A stretch of 64,000 bases of DNA from Patescibacteria group bacterium (GTDB taxonomy: Bacteria; Patescibacteriota; Patescibacteriia; UBA10025; JAHIVO01): the NCBI GenBank assembly GCA_041660605.1, contig JBAZWB010000001.1:393295-457294 (forward strand), read 5' to 3'. The notes beneath the pieces were generated by a model that was given only the letters and a program-made list of their open reading frames with translations, was not told the DNA's origin and ran no database searches. A program made the translations under genes and the position numbers. How positions within the stretch are numbered: position 1 is the first letter of the stretch; every line of letters starts with the position of its first letter. This document shows positions 32,345 to 41,170 of the stretch, one piece after another.

Positions 32345-33328
32345 ATGGTTTCATTAATAATCCCATTATTCGTTTTAGCGATAATAGTATTTGTTATCGT
32401 AGCTATGATGGCAGGGAAATCAAATATGCAAAAAACAAGCGTTATCCGGAGTGTTTATTTTTATTTAGCCTCGCTGGTAACTTTGGGCATTACAATCGGC
32501 TCACTGATTTTTTTAGTCAATCTGGGCCTGAAAACTTGGGTTTTTACCCAGGCTGAATCTTTGGATTTCCGGCTGGGGCAGCCGCCAATTTTGTATCTTG
32601 ATACCACTGCGACCGATGCCAGCGCTACCACAAAGCCGTTGGCGCTCGGACCGACTGTTTTGGATTGTAAGGACGGCTGCACGCTTTCTGAAATTCAAAA
32701 AGCCAGCATTGAACAGTGGGTGGGAAATTATAAGTCCTGGCTTAAGATCAAAGACAATCCCAACAGCGTCCCTCTGCGCAAAGCTATCAATGGTTTTTCT
32801 TTTTTGATAGTGGCGCTCCCGATTTTTATAATCCATTTTCGCCTGGTGCAGAAAGAAGCCAAACGGGACAATCCAGCCGGGCATAATCCGGTCAGGCCGG
32901 CGTATTTTTATTTTGTCTCCCTGGCGGCACTGGTCATGACGGTTGTTTCAGCCGGCATTTTAATTAACGTAGCCCTGAAAACCTGGGTGTTCCCCAGCGC
33001 GGCCGATACAGCCAATAATTTATTTAACCCGATGGTTGAAGATCCTTACAGCAAAGCCTCTGTTCAGAGCGTGGTTGATTGCGGAGAATCCTGCAAATTA
33101 CCGGCCGAGACCATTACTTTAGCCAAACAATGGATTATTGATTATAGTAATTGGAGTAAGGCTATTTCCAAAGGCAATAATACCTCCCAGCAGCAAGTGG
33201 CGGTTACCATCCCCTTTATTTTATTTGGCGTTCCGTTATTCTGGTATCATTGGTCTGTTGCCAGGAAAGAATCTAAAGACAGGAAAGAAGAAGGCCAGTT
33301 ACTGGACGAAAAAGAGAAAAAAATGTAA
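32345..33328 (+). CDS. Membrane protein with internal duplication (DUF5671-like)
   Basis: Two copies of YFY..SL..L...LKTWVF...DC...C.L...QW...Y..W...P.F..H. Confidence 0.75.
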   Translation: MVSLIIPLFVLAIIVFVIVAMMAGKSNMQKTSVIRSVYFYLASLVTLGITIGSLIFLVNLGLKTWVFTQAESLDFRLGQPPILYLDTTATDASATTKPLALGPTVLDCKDGCTLSEIQKASIEQWVGNYKSWLKIKDNPNSVPLRKAINGFSFLIVALPIFIIHFRLVQKEAKRDNPAGHNPVRPAYFYFVSLAALVMTVVSAGILINVALKTWVFPSAADTANNLFNPMVEDPYSKASVQSVVDCGESCKLPAETITLAKQWIIDYSNWSKAISKGNNTSQQQVAVTIPFILFGVPLFWYHWSVARKESKDRKEEGQLLDEKEKKM

Positions 33329-33349
33329 TATATATTAGCTAATTAATTT

Positions 33350-33388
33350 GTGGGAGTTCCGGCTTAGTCACCGGAACGCTAGCACCAC
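33350..33388 (+). promoter_or_regulatory. Ribosomal protein L1 autoregulatory binding site
   Basis: GTGGGAG...ACCAC with inner hairpin GTTCCGG/CCGGAAC, just 5' of the rplA SD. Confidence 0.75.
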
Positions 33389-33403
33389 GAAAGGAATAAA
33401 ATA

Positions 33404-34087
33404 ATGAGTAAACAATCGAAACGCTTCACGGAAGCAAAAAAAATGGTAGAGCCCAACAAGGTTTATACAGCCGCTGAGGCTGTCGTTTTAGCTAAAAAAA
33501 CCGCTAATGTTAAGTTCGATGCCGGGCTGGAGGTCCACCTGCGCCTGGGCATTGATCCGAAAAAGGCTGATCAGGTAGTGCGCGGTTCGGTCGTCCTGCC
33601 CCACGGTACCGGGAAAAAGAAAAAAATCGCCGTTTTTGCCGAGGGCAAAGATCAGGAGCTGGCCAAGAAAGCCGGCGCATTTTTAGTAGGCGGCGACGAA
33701 TTAATAGAGGAAATCAAGAAAACCAAGAAGTGCGATTTTGAAATTGCCCTGGCTACTCCGGCGATGATGAAGAAAATGGGGCAAATTGCCAAGATTTTAG
33801 GGCCTAAAGGCCTGATGCCTAATCCCCGCAGTGAAACGGTGGTAAAAGATGTGGCCAAAGGCGTAAAAGAGCTTGGAGAAGGCAAGGTGACCTTCCGCAG
33901 CGACGATTCTGGCAATCTGCACCAGCTGATCGGCAAGGCTTCTTATGAGGATAAAAAATTACAGGAAAATTTGCAAACTTACATTGAAGCAATCAGAAAA
34001 GCCAAGCCCTCCGGCGTTAAAGCCACTTATATAAAAAGCATCACAGTCTGCTCAACCATGGGGCCGGGAATCAAGGTAAATTTATAA
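33404..34087 (+). CDS. rplA: 50S ribosomal protein L1
   Basis: LPHGTGK, LGPKGLMPNP, STMGPG. Confidence 0.98.
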   Translation: MSKQSKRFTEAKKMVEPNKVYTAAEAVVLAKKTANVKFDAGLEVHLRLGIDPKKADQVVRGSVVLPHGTGKKKKIAVFAEGKDQELAKKAGAFLVGGDELIEEIKKTKKCDFEIALATPAMMKKMGQIAKILGPKGLMPNPRSETVVKDVAKGVKELGEGKVTFRSDDSGNLHQLIGKASYEDKKLQENLQTYIEAIRKAKPSGVKATYIKSITVCSTMGPGIKVNL

Positions 34088-34166
34088 TTCAAAATGTATA
34101 ATTTATAATTAAATATAGCCAGTAGTTGCTATCTCATTATATATTAATCATTATACATTAATTAAT

Positions 34167-34634
34167 ATGCCAAAAAGAACAGATTATATTTCCTGGGATG
34201 AATGTTTTATGCGCATGGCTCATGTCATTGCCGATCGTTCAAAAGACCCGAGTACGCAGGCAGGAGCAGTGGTTGTCAATGAAGAGAATATCATCATTGG
34301 CCTTGGCTATAACGGCTTTCCGCGCGGCATTGACGATGAGGATTTGCCGTGGGTGCGACAGGGCGATTTTCTAGACACCAAATACGCCTACGTAGTGCAC
34401 GCCGAGGAAAACGCCATTTACAACTCCAACGCCAAAACAAAAGGCTGTAAGATTTATACTTCACTTTTCCCCTGCAACGAATGCGCGAAAACCATCATCC
34501 AGAACGGCATCAAGGAGATCGTCTTTGAGAGCGACAAATACCATGACGAGGAAGTCTGGGTGGCTTCCCGGAAAATGCTGGATATGGCCGGCATTAAATA
34601 CCGCCAGTATAAGTCTAAGTGGGCCAAGGATTAA
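34167..34634 (+). CDS. dCMP deaminase
   Basis: RSKDPSTQAGA, GYNGFP, HAEENA, PCNEC. Confidence 0.95.
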   Translation: MPKRTDYISWDECFMRMAHVIADRSKDPSTQAGAVVVNEENIIIGLGYNGFPRGIDDEDLPWVRQGDFLDTKYAYVVHAEENAIYNSNAKTKGCKIYTSLFPCNECAKTIIQNGIKEIVFESDKYHDEEVWVASRKMLDMAGIKYRQYKSKWAKD

Positions 34635-34637
34635 ATT

Positions 34638-35060
34638 ATGCAGGTAAAAATTAAATTGCTCCGGCCGGAAGCTAAGCTCCCCGTTTACAGCCGGGCCGGG
34701 GACGCTGGTTTGGATTTGTATTCATGCGAAGATTATATTTTGCAGGCAGGCGAACGTCACAAGTTCGGTTTGGGTTTTATTTTAGAATTACCGGCTGGAC
34801 ATGTCGCCCTTATTTGGGATCGCGGCGGTATGGCGGCTAATCACGGCATTCATACTCTAGCCGGGGTAGTGGACAGCAATTATCGTGGCGAGGTGAACGC
34901 CATTCTCCTGAATACCTCTGCTGAGCCTTATGTCATTAAAACAGGCGATCGCATTGCCCAGCTGCTTATTCAGGAGCATAACACAGTAGAATTTCAAGAA
35001 GTAGACAAGCTAACTGATACGGAACGCGGTGAAGGGGCATGGTTTTCCAGCGGGAGATGA
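34638..35060 (+). CDS. dut: dUTP diphosphatase
   Basis: AGLDL, GVVDSNYRGE, GDRIAQL, RGEGAWFSSG (motif 5 divergent). Confidence 0.93.
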   Translation: MQVKIKLLRPEAKLPVYSRAGDAGLDLYSCEDYILQAGERHKFGLGFILELPAGHVALIWDRGGMAANHGIHTLAGVVDSNYRGEVNAILLNTSAEPYVIKTGDRIAQLLIQEHNTVEFQEVDKLTDTERGEGAWFSSGR

Positions 35061-35083
35061 TTTACTTTTCTTGGTATTTAAAA

Positions 35084-35229
35084 GGTGCGCCGCCCTCTCA
35101 CTGTCATTCTGAGGAGCCCCGAAAGAAGTGAGGGAGCGACGTGAGAATCTCCTTACTCTCGGCATAGAGATTGCCACGTCACTCGCTACGCTTGTTTCTC
35201 GCAATGACAAGATTGTAGGGCGGTGCATT
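35084..35229. repeat. RPE/REP-like palindromic element nested in an outer hairpin
   Basis: TGTCATTCTGAG...GCGACGTG..AATCTC / GAGATTGCCACGTC...CTCGCAATGACA (35102-35209) inside GGTGCGCCGCCCT / AGGGCGGTGCATT. Confidence 0.8.
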
Positions 35230-35257
35230 CCATGTGATTATTTAAGTTTTTAATATT

Positions 35258-35653
35258 ATGAAATTATTCTTAACTTCCACCCTGCATAATGATTGGAATT
35301 TGAAATTCAATCCGAAGCTGACGGCAGCCTTGGAATCACGCGGATTTACCGTGCACATGCCCCAGCGGGATACTGACCAGCGGGCTCCGGAAGCCGAGCG
35401 GGTCCGGCAGAACATGGAAGCGGTTAAAAAAGCCGATGCCTGCGTCATTGTTCTGGAGAATCAATCCATGAATTTAGCGGCAGAAACCGGGTATGCTTAT
35501 GGAACCGGCCGGCCGACGATCGCGCTGGTTAAAAAAGGGGAATTTATCCACTGGATGCTGAGAGGCATGTTAAATGTTATAATTGAGGTAGAAGATATTG
35601 CTGACATTGATGCCTATATTGGGCAGCTGGAAAAAGCCTTAAAAGAAAGCTAA
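35258..35653 (+). CDS. Nucleoside 2-deoxyribosyltransferase-like protein
   Basis: F.VHMPQRD, AVKKADA, AETGYAYG.GRP. Confidence 0.8.
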   Translation: MKLFLTSTLHNDWNLKFNPKLTAALESRGFTVHMPQRDTDQRAPEAERVRQNMEAVKKADACVIVLENQSMNLAAETGYAYGTGRPTIALVKKGEFIHWMLRGMLNVIIEVEDIADIDAYIGQLEKALKES

Positions 35654-35654
35654 T

Positions 35655-36197
35655 ATGAAGAATGTTGAGTTAAAAGTTAAAGTTGATAATTTTAACAAGG
35701 TTAATAGCAGTTTGAAAAACATCAAGGCCAAGTTCCAGCAGACATTAAAGCAAATAGACACCTATTTTCACCCTGCGGGTGATCCCCCGAAGGGGGATAA
35801 TTTACCAGACGCCCGGTTTAAGCTGAGAGAAATTAATAACAGGACTTTTGAATTAATTTATTACCGCCGGCCTGATCATGAAAAATCAAAAGTTTCTGAT
35901 TTTTCCGTTTTACAATTAGACAGAAAAATAGCCAGACAAATGAAAAATTATTTTAAAGCTACGCTTGGCGTTAAGGTAATAGTTAAGAAAGTACGCAGGT
36001 TTTGGCTTTATAAGCATACGAGAATTTTATTGGATGAAGTAAGTAACCTCGGCAAATTTTTAGAATTAGAAACGGTTGTTAAGGGCATTAGTTTATCGGC
36101 AGCCAAAAAAGAGCAACTGTCGGTAATTCAAGAACTGGGGCTTAATAAGTATAAAAAAATCGCCAGATCATACAGCGATTTATTATTAAAAAAATGA
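35655..36197 (+). CDS. CYTH domain protein (class IV adenylate cyclase-like) with 10-aa in-frame insertion
   Basis: NVELKV, QIDTYF, KLRE, VKKVRR, LDEV..LG.FLELE. Confidence 0.9.
   Translation: MKNVELKVKVDNFNKVNSSLKNIKAKFQQTLKQIDTYFHPAGDPPKGDNLPDARFKLREINNRTFELIYYRRPDHEKSKVSDFSVLQLDRKIARQMKNYFKATLGVKVIVKKVRRFWLYKHTRILLDEVSNLGKFLELETVVKGISLSAAKKEQLSVIQELGLNKYKKIARSYSDLLLKK
35769..35798 (+). repeat. 30-nt double-hairpin in-frame insertion ([10 protein letters not shown])
   Basis: CACCC-TGC-GGGTG followed by ATCCCCC-GAA-GGGGGAT; GC-rich within an AT-rich gene. Confidence 0.75.
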
Positions 36198-37006
36198 AAA
36201 ACTATTTAAATTTATTACAAGACATTCTAGACCACGGCACGGATAAGGCCGACCGGACCGGCACCGGCACCAGAAGCCTTTTTGGCCGGCAGATGCGGTT
36301 TAATCTGAGCCAGGGATTTCCCCTGGTGACGACCAAAAAAGTGCACCTGAAGTCCATTATGTACGAATTATTGTGGTTCCTGAAAGGGGACACAAATATT
36401 AAGTATCTGAATGACAATGGCGTGCATATCTGGGATGAATGGGCAGATGAGCACGGCGATCTCGGGCCGATTTACGGCAAGCAATGGACGTCCTGGGAAG
36501 GCAAGGATGGGAAAACTATTAACCAAATCGCCGAGGTGCAGGAGATGATCCGCACCAACCCTGATTCCAGGCGCATCATAGTTTCCGGTTGGAATGTGGC
36601 TGATCTGCAGAGTCTTATTGCCGGCAAAAAAACCGCTCCGCCGCCCTGCCATACAATGTTCCAGTTTTACATTGCCAATAATAAATTATCCTGCCAGCTT
36701 TACCAGCGCAGTGCCGATGTCTTCCTGGGTGTGCCGTTTAACATCGCTTCATATTCGCTTCTGACCATGATGATGGCGCAGGTAACAGGCAAGGAGTTGG
36801 GCGATTTTGTGCATACTTTCGGTGACGTGCATATTTATAATAACCATTTTGACCAGGTGAAATTGCAGCTCACCAGGGAACCTCGTCCTCTGCCAACAAT
36901 GAAGATTAATCTGAAAGTGAAAGACATTTTTAGTTTTAAATTTGAAGATTTTACTTTAGAAGATTATGATCCGCATCCGCGCATCAAAGCGCCGATAGCC
37001 ATTTAA
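36194..37006 (+). CDS. thyA: Thymidylate synthase
   Basis: [34 protein letters not shown]. Confidence 0.98.
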   Translation: MKNYLNLLQDILDHGTDKADRTGTGTRSLFGRQMRFNLSQGFPLVTTKKVHLKSIMYELLWFLKGDTNIKYLNDNGVHIWDEWADEHGDLGPIYGKQWTSWEGKDGKTINQIAEVQEMIRTNPDSRRIIVSGWNVADLQSLIAGKKTAPPPCHTMFQFYIANNKLSCQLYQRSADVFLGVPFNIASYSLLTMMMAQVTGKELGDFVHTFGDVHIYNNHFDQVKLQLTREPRPLPTMKINLKVKDIFSFKFEDFTLEDYDPHPRIKAPIAI

Positions 37007-37011
37007 TTACC

Positions 37012-37506
37012 ATGAATAAGCCTATCATCAGTACAATTGTTGCAGTAGCTGAGAAAAATCGTGCCATCGGATTTAAAAATAAGTTGCTCTGGCATATTCC
37101 CGAGGATTTGCAGCGATTTAAAAAAATAACCCGCGGCCATCCGGTTATCATGGGGCAGACGACTTTTGAGTCCATCGGCAAACCGCTGCCGGAGAGAACT
37201 AATATCGTTATGACACTGGACAAGAATTTCAAGGCAGCAGGCGTGACAATCTGCTATTCTCTAGACGAGGCGATTGCTGAAGCTTCAAAACATGATCAAG
37301 GGGAGATATTTTTCTGCGGCGGAGCGACTATTTACAGGCTTGCTTTACCGTTGACTGACAGGCTTTATGTCACCGTAGTGAAAGGCGAGTATGAGGCAGA
37401 TACGTTTTTTCCGGATTATTCTGAATTTACCAAGATTATCAGCCGCCAGGAGAGCCGAGACGATAAGCATGAGTACACCTTTTTTATCTTAGAAAAAAGC
37501 ATATGA
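37012..37506 (+). CDS. folA: Dihydrofolate reductase
   Basis: AIG..NKLLWHIPEDL, IMGQTTFES, PLPERTNIV, ADTFFP. Confidence 0.96.
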   Translation: MNKPIISTIVAVAEKNRAIGFKNKLLWHIPEDLQRFKKITRGHPVIMGQTTFESIGKPLPERTNIVMTLDKNFKAAGVTICYSLDEAIAEASKHDQGEIFFCGGATIYRLALPLTDRLYVTVVKGEYEADTFFPDYSEFTKIISRQESRDDKHEYTFFILEKSI

Positions 37507-38168
37507 AAAAGAAAATAGGAAAATTGATTGTTTTTGACGCCATTGATGGCGCGGGCAAGACCACGCAGGTAAAGTTATTATTAAACCATTTGCGCCGCGA
37601 AAAGATAAAATACTATCTCACTGATTTTCCGCAGTATGAAAAATCTTTTTTCGGCAAGATGGTCAGGCAGTATTTGCAGGGTGCTTTTGGCGAAGTGGGC
37701 AAGACAGATCCGCATTTAATTTCCCTGCTCTACGCGCTGGACCGTTTTGAAGCTAAGAAAAGGATGTGGAAAATCTTGAAATCAGGCAGGGTGATTGTTT
37801 CTGACCGTTATTCTCCGGCCAATAAAATTCATCAGGCTTCAAAAATAAAAAATATCCGCAGGAAAGATGAATTTTTGGATTGGCTGGATAAGGTGGAATT
37901 TGGTATTTTAGGGATCCCTCGGCCCGATCTAGTGCTGTTTCTGGACGTACCGCCGAAAATTACGATGGCTATGACAGCGCGTCGCGGCAAGCAGGATTTG
38001 CACGAATCAAGCCTACGGCATCAGCAGGCAGCTTATCAGGAAAGCCTGAGATTGGTAAATAAATATAGCGCCTGGAAAAAGATTGAATGCCTGAGTCACG
38101 GCAATTTGCTCTCACCTGAAAAAATTCATGAGCGCGTCTGGGCTGAGGTAAAAAAGGTAAGTAAATAA
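37503..38168 (+). CDS. tmk: Thymidylate kinase
   Basis: DAIDGAGKTTQ, LYALDR, SDRY, PRPDLVLFLDV. Confidence 0.93.
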   Translation: MKKKIGKLIVFDAIDGAGKTTQVKLLLNHLRREKIKYYLTDFPQYEKSFFGKMVRQYLQGAFGEVGKTDPHLISLLYALDRFEAKKRMWKILKSGRVIVSDRYSPANKIHQASKIKNIRRKDEFLDWLDKVEFGILGIPRPDLVLFLDVPPKITMAMTARRGKQDLHESSLRHQQAAYQESLRLVNKYSAWKKIECLSHGNLLSPEKIHERVWAEVKKVSK

Positions 38169-38261
38169 AAATTTATATATTAAAAAACTGGCAGGCGAAT
38201 TGCTCAGGTTATGGCGTTTTAAGCGCTTTTTTTATTGATTTGACTGTGATAAAATAAATAT

Positions 38262-39812
38262 ATGCAACAATATGAACCAGTCATAGGTTTAGAAATACAT
38301 GTCCAGCTCAAAACTAAGAGCAAGATGTTTTGCAGTTGCGATAACACCGGAGAAACAAAACCTCCCAACACCACGATCTGCCCGATTTGTCTGGGGCACC
38401 CGGGGGTTTTGCCGGTAGTTAATATGCAGGCGGTCCAGTGGGCTCTCCAGGCTGCCCAGGCTTTGTATTGCCAGATCAATCTCAAATCGCATTTTGACCG
38501 CAAGAGCTATTTTTATCCGGATCTGCCAAAAGGCTACCAGATTACCCAGCATAGCGCGCCTTTTGGGCACGACGGCCATTTAATAGTTAACGGGCGGACT
38601 GGCAAGCACCGTATACGCATTGAACGGGTGCATCTGGAAGAGGATACCGGCAAACTTCTGCACGAGGCGGATAAAAGAGCCAGCTACGTGGATTATAACC
38701 GGGCAGGTACGCCGCTTCTGGAAATAGTCACCCGGCCTGACGTGCCAGATCCTCAGACAGCCAGGATTTTTTTGCAGGAACTGCGATTGATTATGCGCTA
38801 TTTGGGAATTTCCGACGCGGATATGGAGAAAGGGCATTTACGCTGCGACGCCAATATTTCCCTGCGCCCGAATCCTGAATATTTTTTGGACAAAGCTGAT
38901 CAGGCCGGCATCGGCTTGGATCCTCATAAATTATATCCTAAAACAGAAATAAAAAACTTAAATTCCTTCCGTTCCGTGGAAAAAGCGCTGTCCTACGAAA
39001 TTACCAAGCAGACAGAACTTTGGGAAAAAGAAAAAGCGCCGCAGGAGCAATCCACCCACGGCTGGGATGAAAAACAAGGCCAGACTGTGCTGCAGAGGAC
39101 TAAGGAAGAAAAGCATGACTACCGTTATTTTCCTGAGCCTGATTTGCCGGGTTTTGATTTTTCAAAAAGTTTCATTGATGAAATCAGAAAAAAAACAGTA
39201 GAACAACCATATGAGAAACGCCAACGATTTCAGGAGGAGTTCGGCCTGGGCGCTTATGACGTGAATATCCTGGTGGCTGACAAAAAATTGTCGGAATTTT
39301 TTGAGCAGGTTATTTCAGAGCTGAAGGCCTGGTTACTGTCTTTGGAACAAGTCGAAGGGTCGGAGGAAGAAATTTGGAATAAGAATAAAAAAAAGCTGGT
39401 TAAGAAAGCGGCCAACTGGGTCATTACCAGATTATTGGCTTTAACTAACGAAAACGGTGTGAAAATTGCGGAGATTAAAATAACTCCGGAGAATTTTGCT
39501 GAATTAATCACCCTGATTTATCAGAACAAGCTTAATAATCAGACAGCGGTGATAGTGCTGGAGAAAATGTTTTTAACTGGCCAGGATCCCTCAGATATAA
39601 CGGAAGAGGGGGATTTAAACCAACTGACAGACGACAAAGGTTTGGAGCAAATCGCCGAAAAAGTCATAAAAGCGAATAAAAAAGTGGTTGAGCAATTCCA
39701 GGCTGGGAAAACCGCCTCCCTGCAGTATCTGATCGGCCAGGTGATGAAGCAATCAAAGGGCCGGGCAGACGCGAAGAAGGCGGCGGAGATTCTTACCTAC
39801 AAGCTGCAGTAG
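38262..39812 (+). CDS. gatB: Asp/Glu-tRNA amidotransferase subunit B
   Basis: IGLEIHVQL, FDRKSYFYPDLPKGYQI, YRYFPEPDL. Confidence 0.98.
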   Translation: MQQYEPVIGLEIHVQLKTKSKMFCSCDNTGETKPPNTTICPICLGHPGVLPVVNMQAVQWALQAAQALYCQINLKSHFDRKSYFYPDLPKGYQITQHSAPFGHDGHLIVNGRTGKHRIRIERVHLEEDTGKLLHEADKRASYVDYNRAGTPLLEIVTRPDVPDPQTARIFLQELRLIMRYLGISDADMEKGHLRCDANISLRPNPEYFLDKADQAGIGLDPHKLYPKTEIKNLNSFRSVEKALSYEITKQTELWEKEKAPQEQSTHGWDEKQGQTVLQRTKEEKHDYRYFPEPDLPGFDFSKSFIDEIRKKTVEQPYEKRQRFQEEFGLGAYDVNILVADKKLSEFFEQVISELKAWLLSLEQVEGSEEEIWNKNKKKLVKKAANWVITRLLALTNENGVKIAEIKITPENFAELITLIYQNKLNNQTAVIVLEKMFLTGQDPSDITEEGDLNQLTDDKGLEQIAEKVIKANKKVVEQFQAGKTASLQYLIGQVMKQSKGRADAKKAAEILTYKLQ

Positions 39813-39928
39813 AAAATATTCAAGTTTTTATTTAGTATAATATTTATAACCGCGGTAGCGCCGCCAAATTTTTTTGAGATAAATTATTCATTGTGGATAA
39901 GTAAGTTTTTTATCTAATATTAGCCTAT

Positions 39929-40050
39929 TTGACACTCACAATTTTTTAGAGTATCGTTAGTAGCAGAATATGAAAAATTTTTCAGTACAAGTCGTTCAAC
40001 CTGAAACGCTCGGCACTCACCAAGGCCCGGGAAATCCCGGGATTTTTTTT
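39929..40050 (+). promoter_or_regulatory. carAB promoter and leader terminator (attenuator candidate)
   Basis: TTGACA-17-TATCGT (39929-39957); CCCGGGA-AA-TCCCGGG + T8 (40026-40050) inside a leader ORF 39970-40092. Confidence 0.6.
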
Positions 40051-40084
40051 ATCTCCAATTTTTTTAGCGGTATTACAATGGTGT

Positions 40085-41170
40085 ATGAATAATAGAAGAA
40101 CTACAAAAGCAACTCTATTACTTGAAGACGGATCACGGTACACTGGCCGGGTATTCGGCTGCAAAAAACAAAGCGTGGCAGGTGAAATTGTTTTTACTAC
40201 CGGCATGGTTGGCTATTCAGAATCATTGACTGACCCGTCATATCGCGGTCAAATTCTTGTTATGACTTATCCGCTAATCGGCAATTATGGGGTTGAATGT
40301 AGTCAGGCACAATCGCGTTCTTTGGACGAATCTTTTGAGTCAGAGAGAATCCAGGCCAGCGCGCTCATAGTATCATCGCAAATAACCAAACCCAGTCATT
40401 ATAAATCAGCGCGAAGTCTTGAGCAATGGCTGGCCAGCGAGAAAATAATTGGTCTAGAAGGGATTGACACTCGTTCATTAACGCAGCGGTTGCGTGAACA
40501 TGGCACTATGCTGGCAAAAATTATAATTGATGATAACGATATTCCCTGGTTTGATCCGAATAAACAAAATATAGTTGAGCAGGTAAGCAGTCCGCGGATA
40601 CGAAGATACGGTTCACGCGGGCCGCATGTTGTTGTTATTGATTGCGGAGCAAAGCGGGGAATCATCCGCGAGTTATGCCAGCGCTCCTGCCGCGTAACGA
40701 GAGTACCATGGAATTATCCAGTCAGTACCATGCGGGGGATTGACGGCGTAGTGGTCTCAAACGGACCTGGCAATCCGGTTTATGCTTCTGAAACGGTTGA
40801 TGAATTGAAGCGCCTTATCAAATTGCGGATTCCCCTCTGGGGAATCTGCCTGGGACACCAGCTGCTGGCAATGGCTTTGGGTGCGCGGACTTACAAACTC
40901 GCTTATGGACACCGCAGCCAAAACCAGCCAGTGATTGATATTAAATCAGGCCGTGCTTTCATCACCAGTCAAAATCATGGATTTGCGGTTAGGGAATCGA
41001 CTCTGCCCAGTTCAGCCAGGCCGTGGTTCAGAAACGGCAATGACGGAACAAATGAAGGATTTAAACACAGCACTCAGCCTATATGGGGCGTGCAATTTCA
41101 TCCTGAGGCTTCCCCCGGGCCGCGCGATACCGCGTTTTTGTTTGATGAATTTATTAATTTATTAAAATGA
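40085..41170 (+). CDS. carA: Carbamoyl-phosphate synthase small subunit
   Basis: GEIVFTTGMVGY, SNGPGNP, GICLGHQ, QFHPEA. Confidence 0.97.
   Translation: MNNRRTTKATLLLEDGSRYTGRVFGCKKQSVAGEIVFTTGMVGYSESLTDPSYRGQILVMTYPLIGNYGVECSQAQSRSLDESFESERIQASALIVSSQITKPSHYKSARSLEQWLASEKIIGLEGIDTRSLTQRLREHGTMLAKIIIDDNDIPWFDPNKQNIVEQVSSPRIRRYGSRGPHVVVIDCGAKRGIIRELCQRSCRVTRVPWNYPVSTMRGIDGVVVSNGPGNPVYASETVDELKRLIKLRIPLWGICLGHQLLAMALGARTYKLAYGHRSQNQPVIDIKSGRAFITSQNHGFAVRESTLPSSARPWFRNGNDGTNEGFKHSTQPIWGVQFHPEASPGPRDTAFLFDEFINLLK

Noticed and set aside
39960-40050. PyrR-binding attenuator
   Set aside because: No AGTCCAGAGAGGCT-like consensus; reported as a pyrL-like candidate instead.
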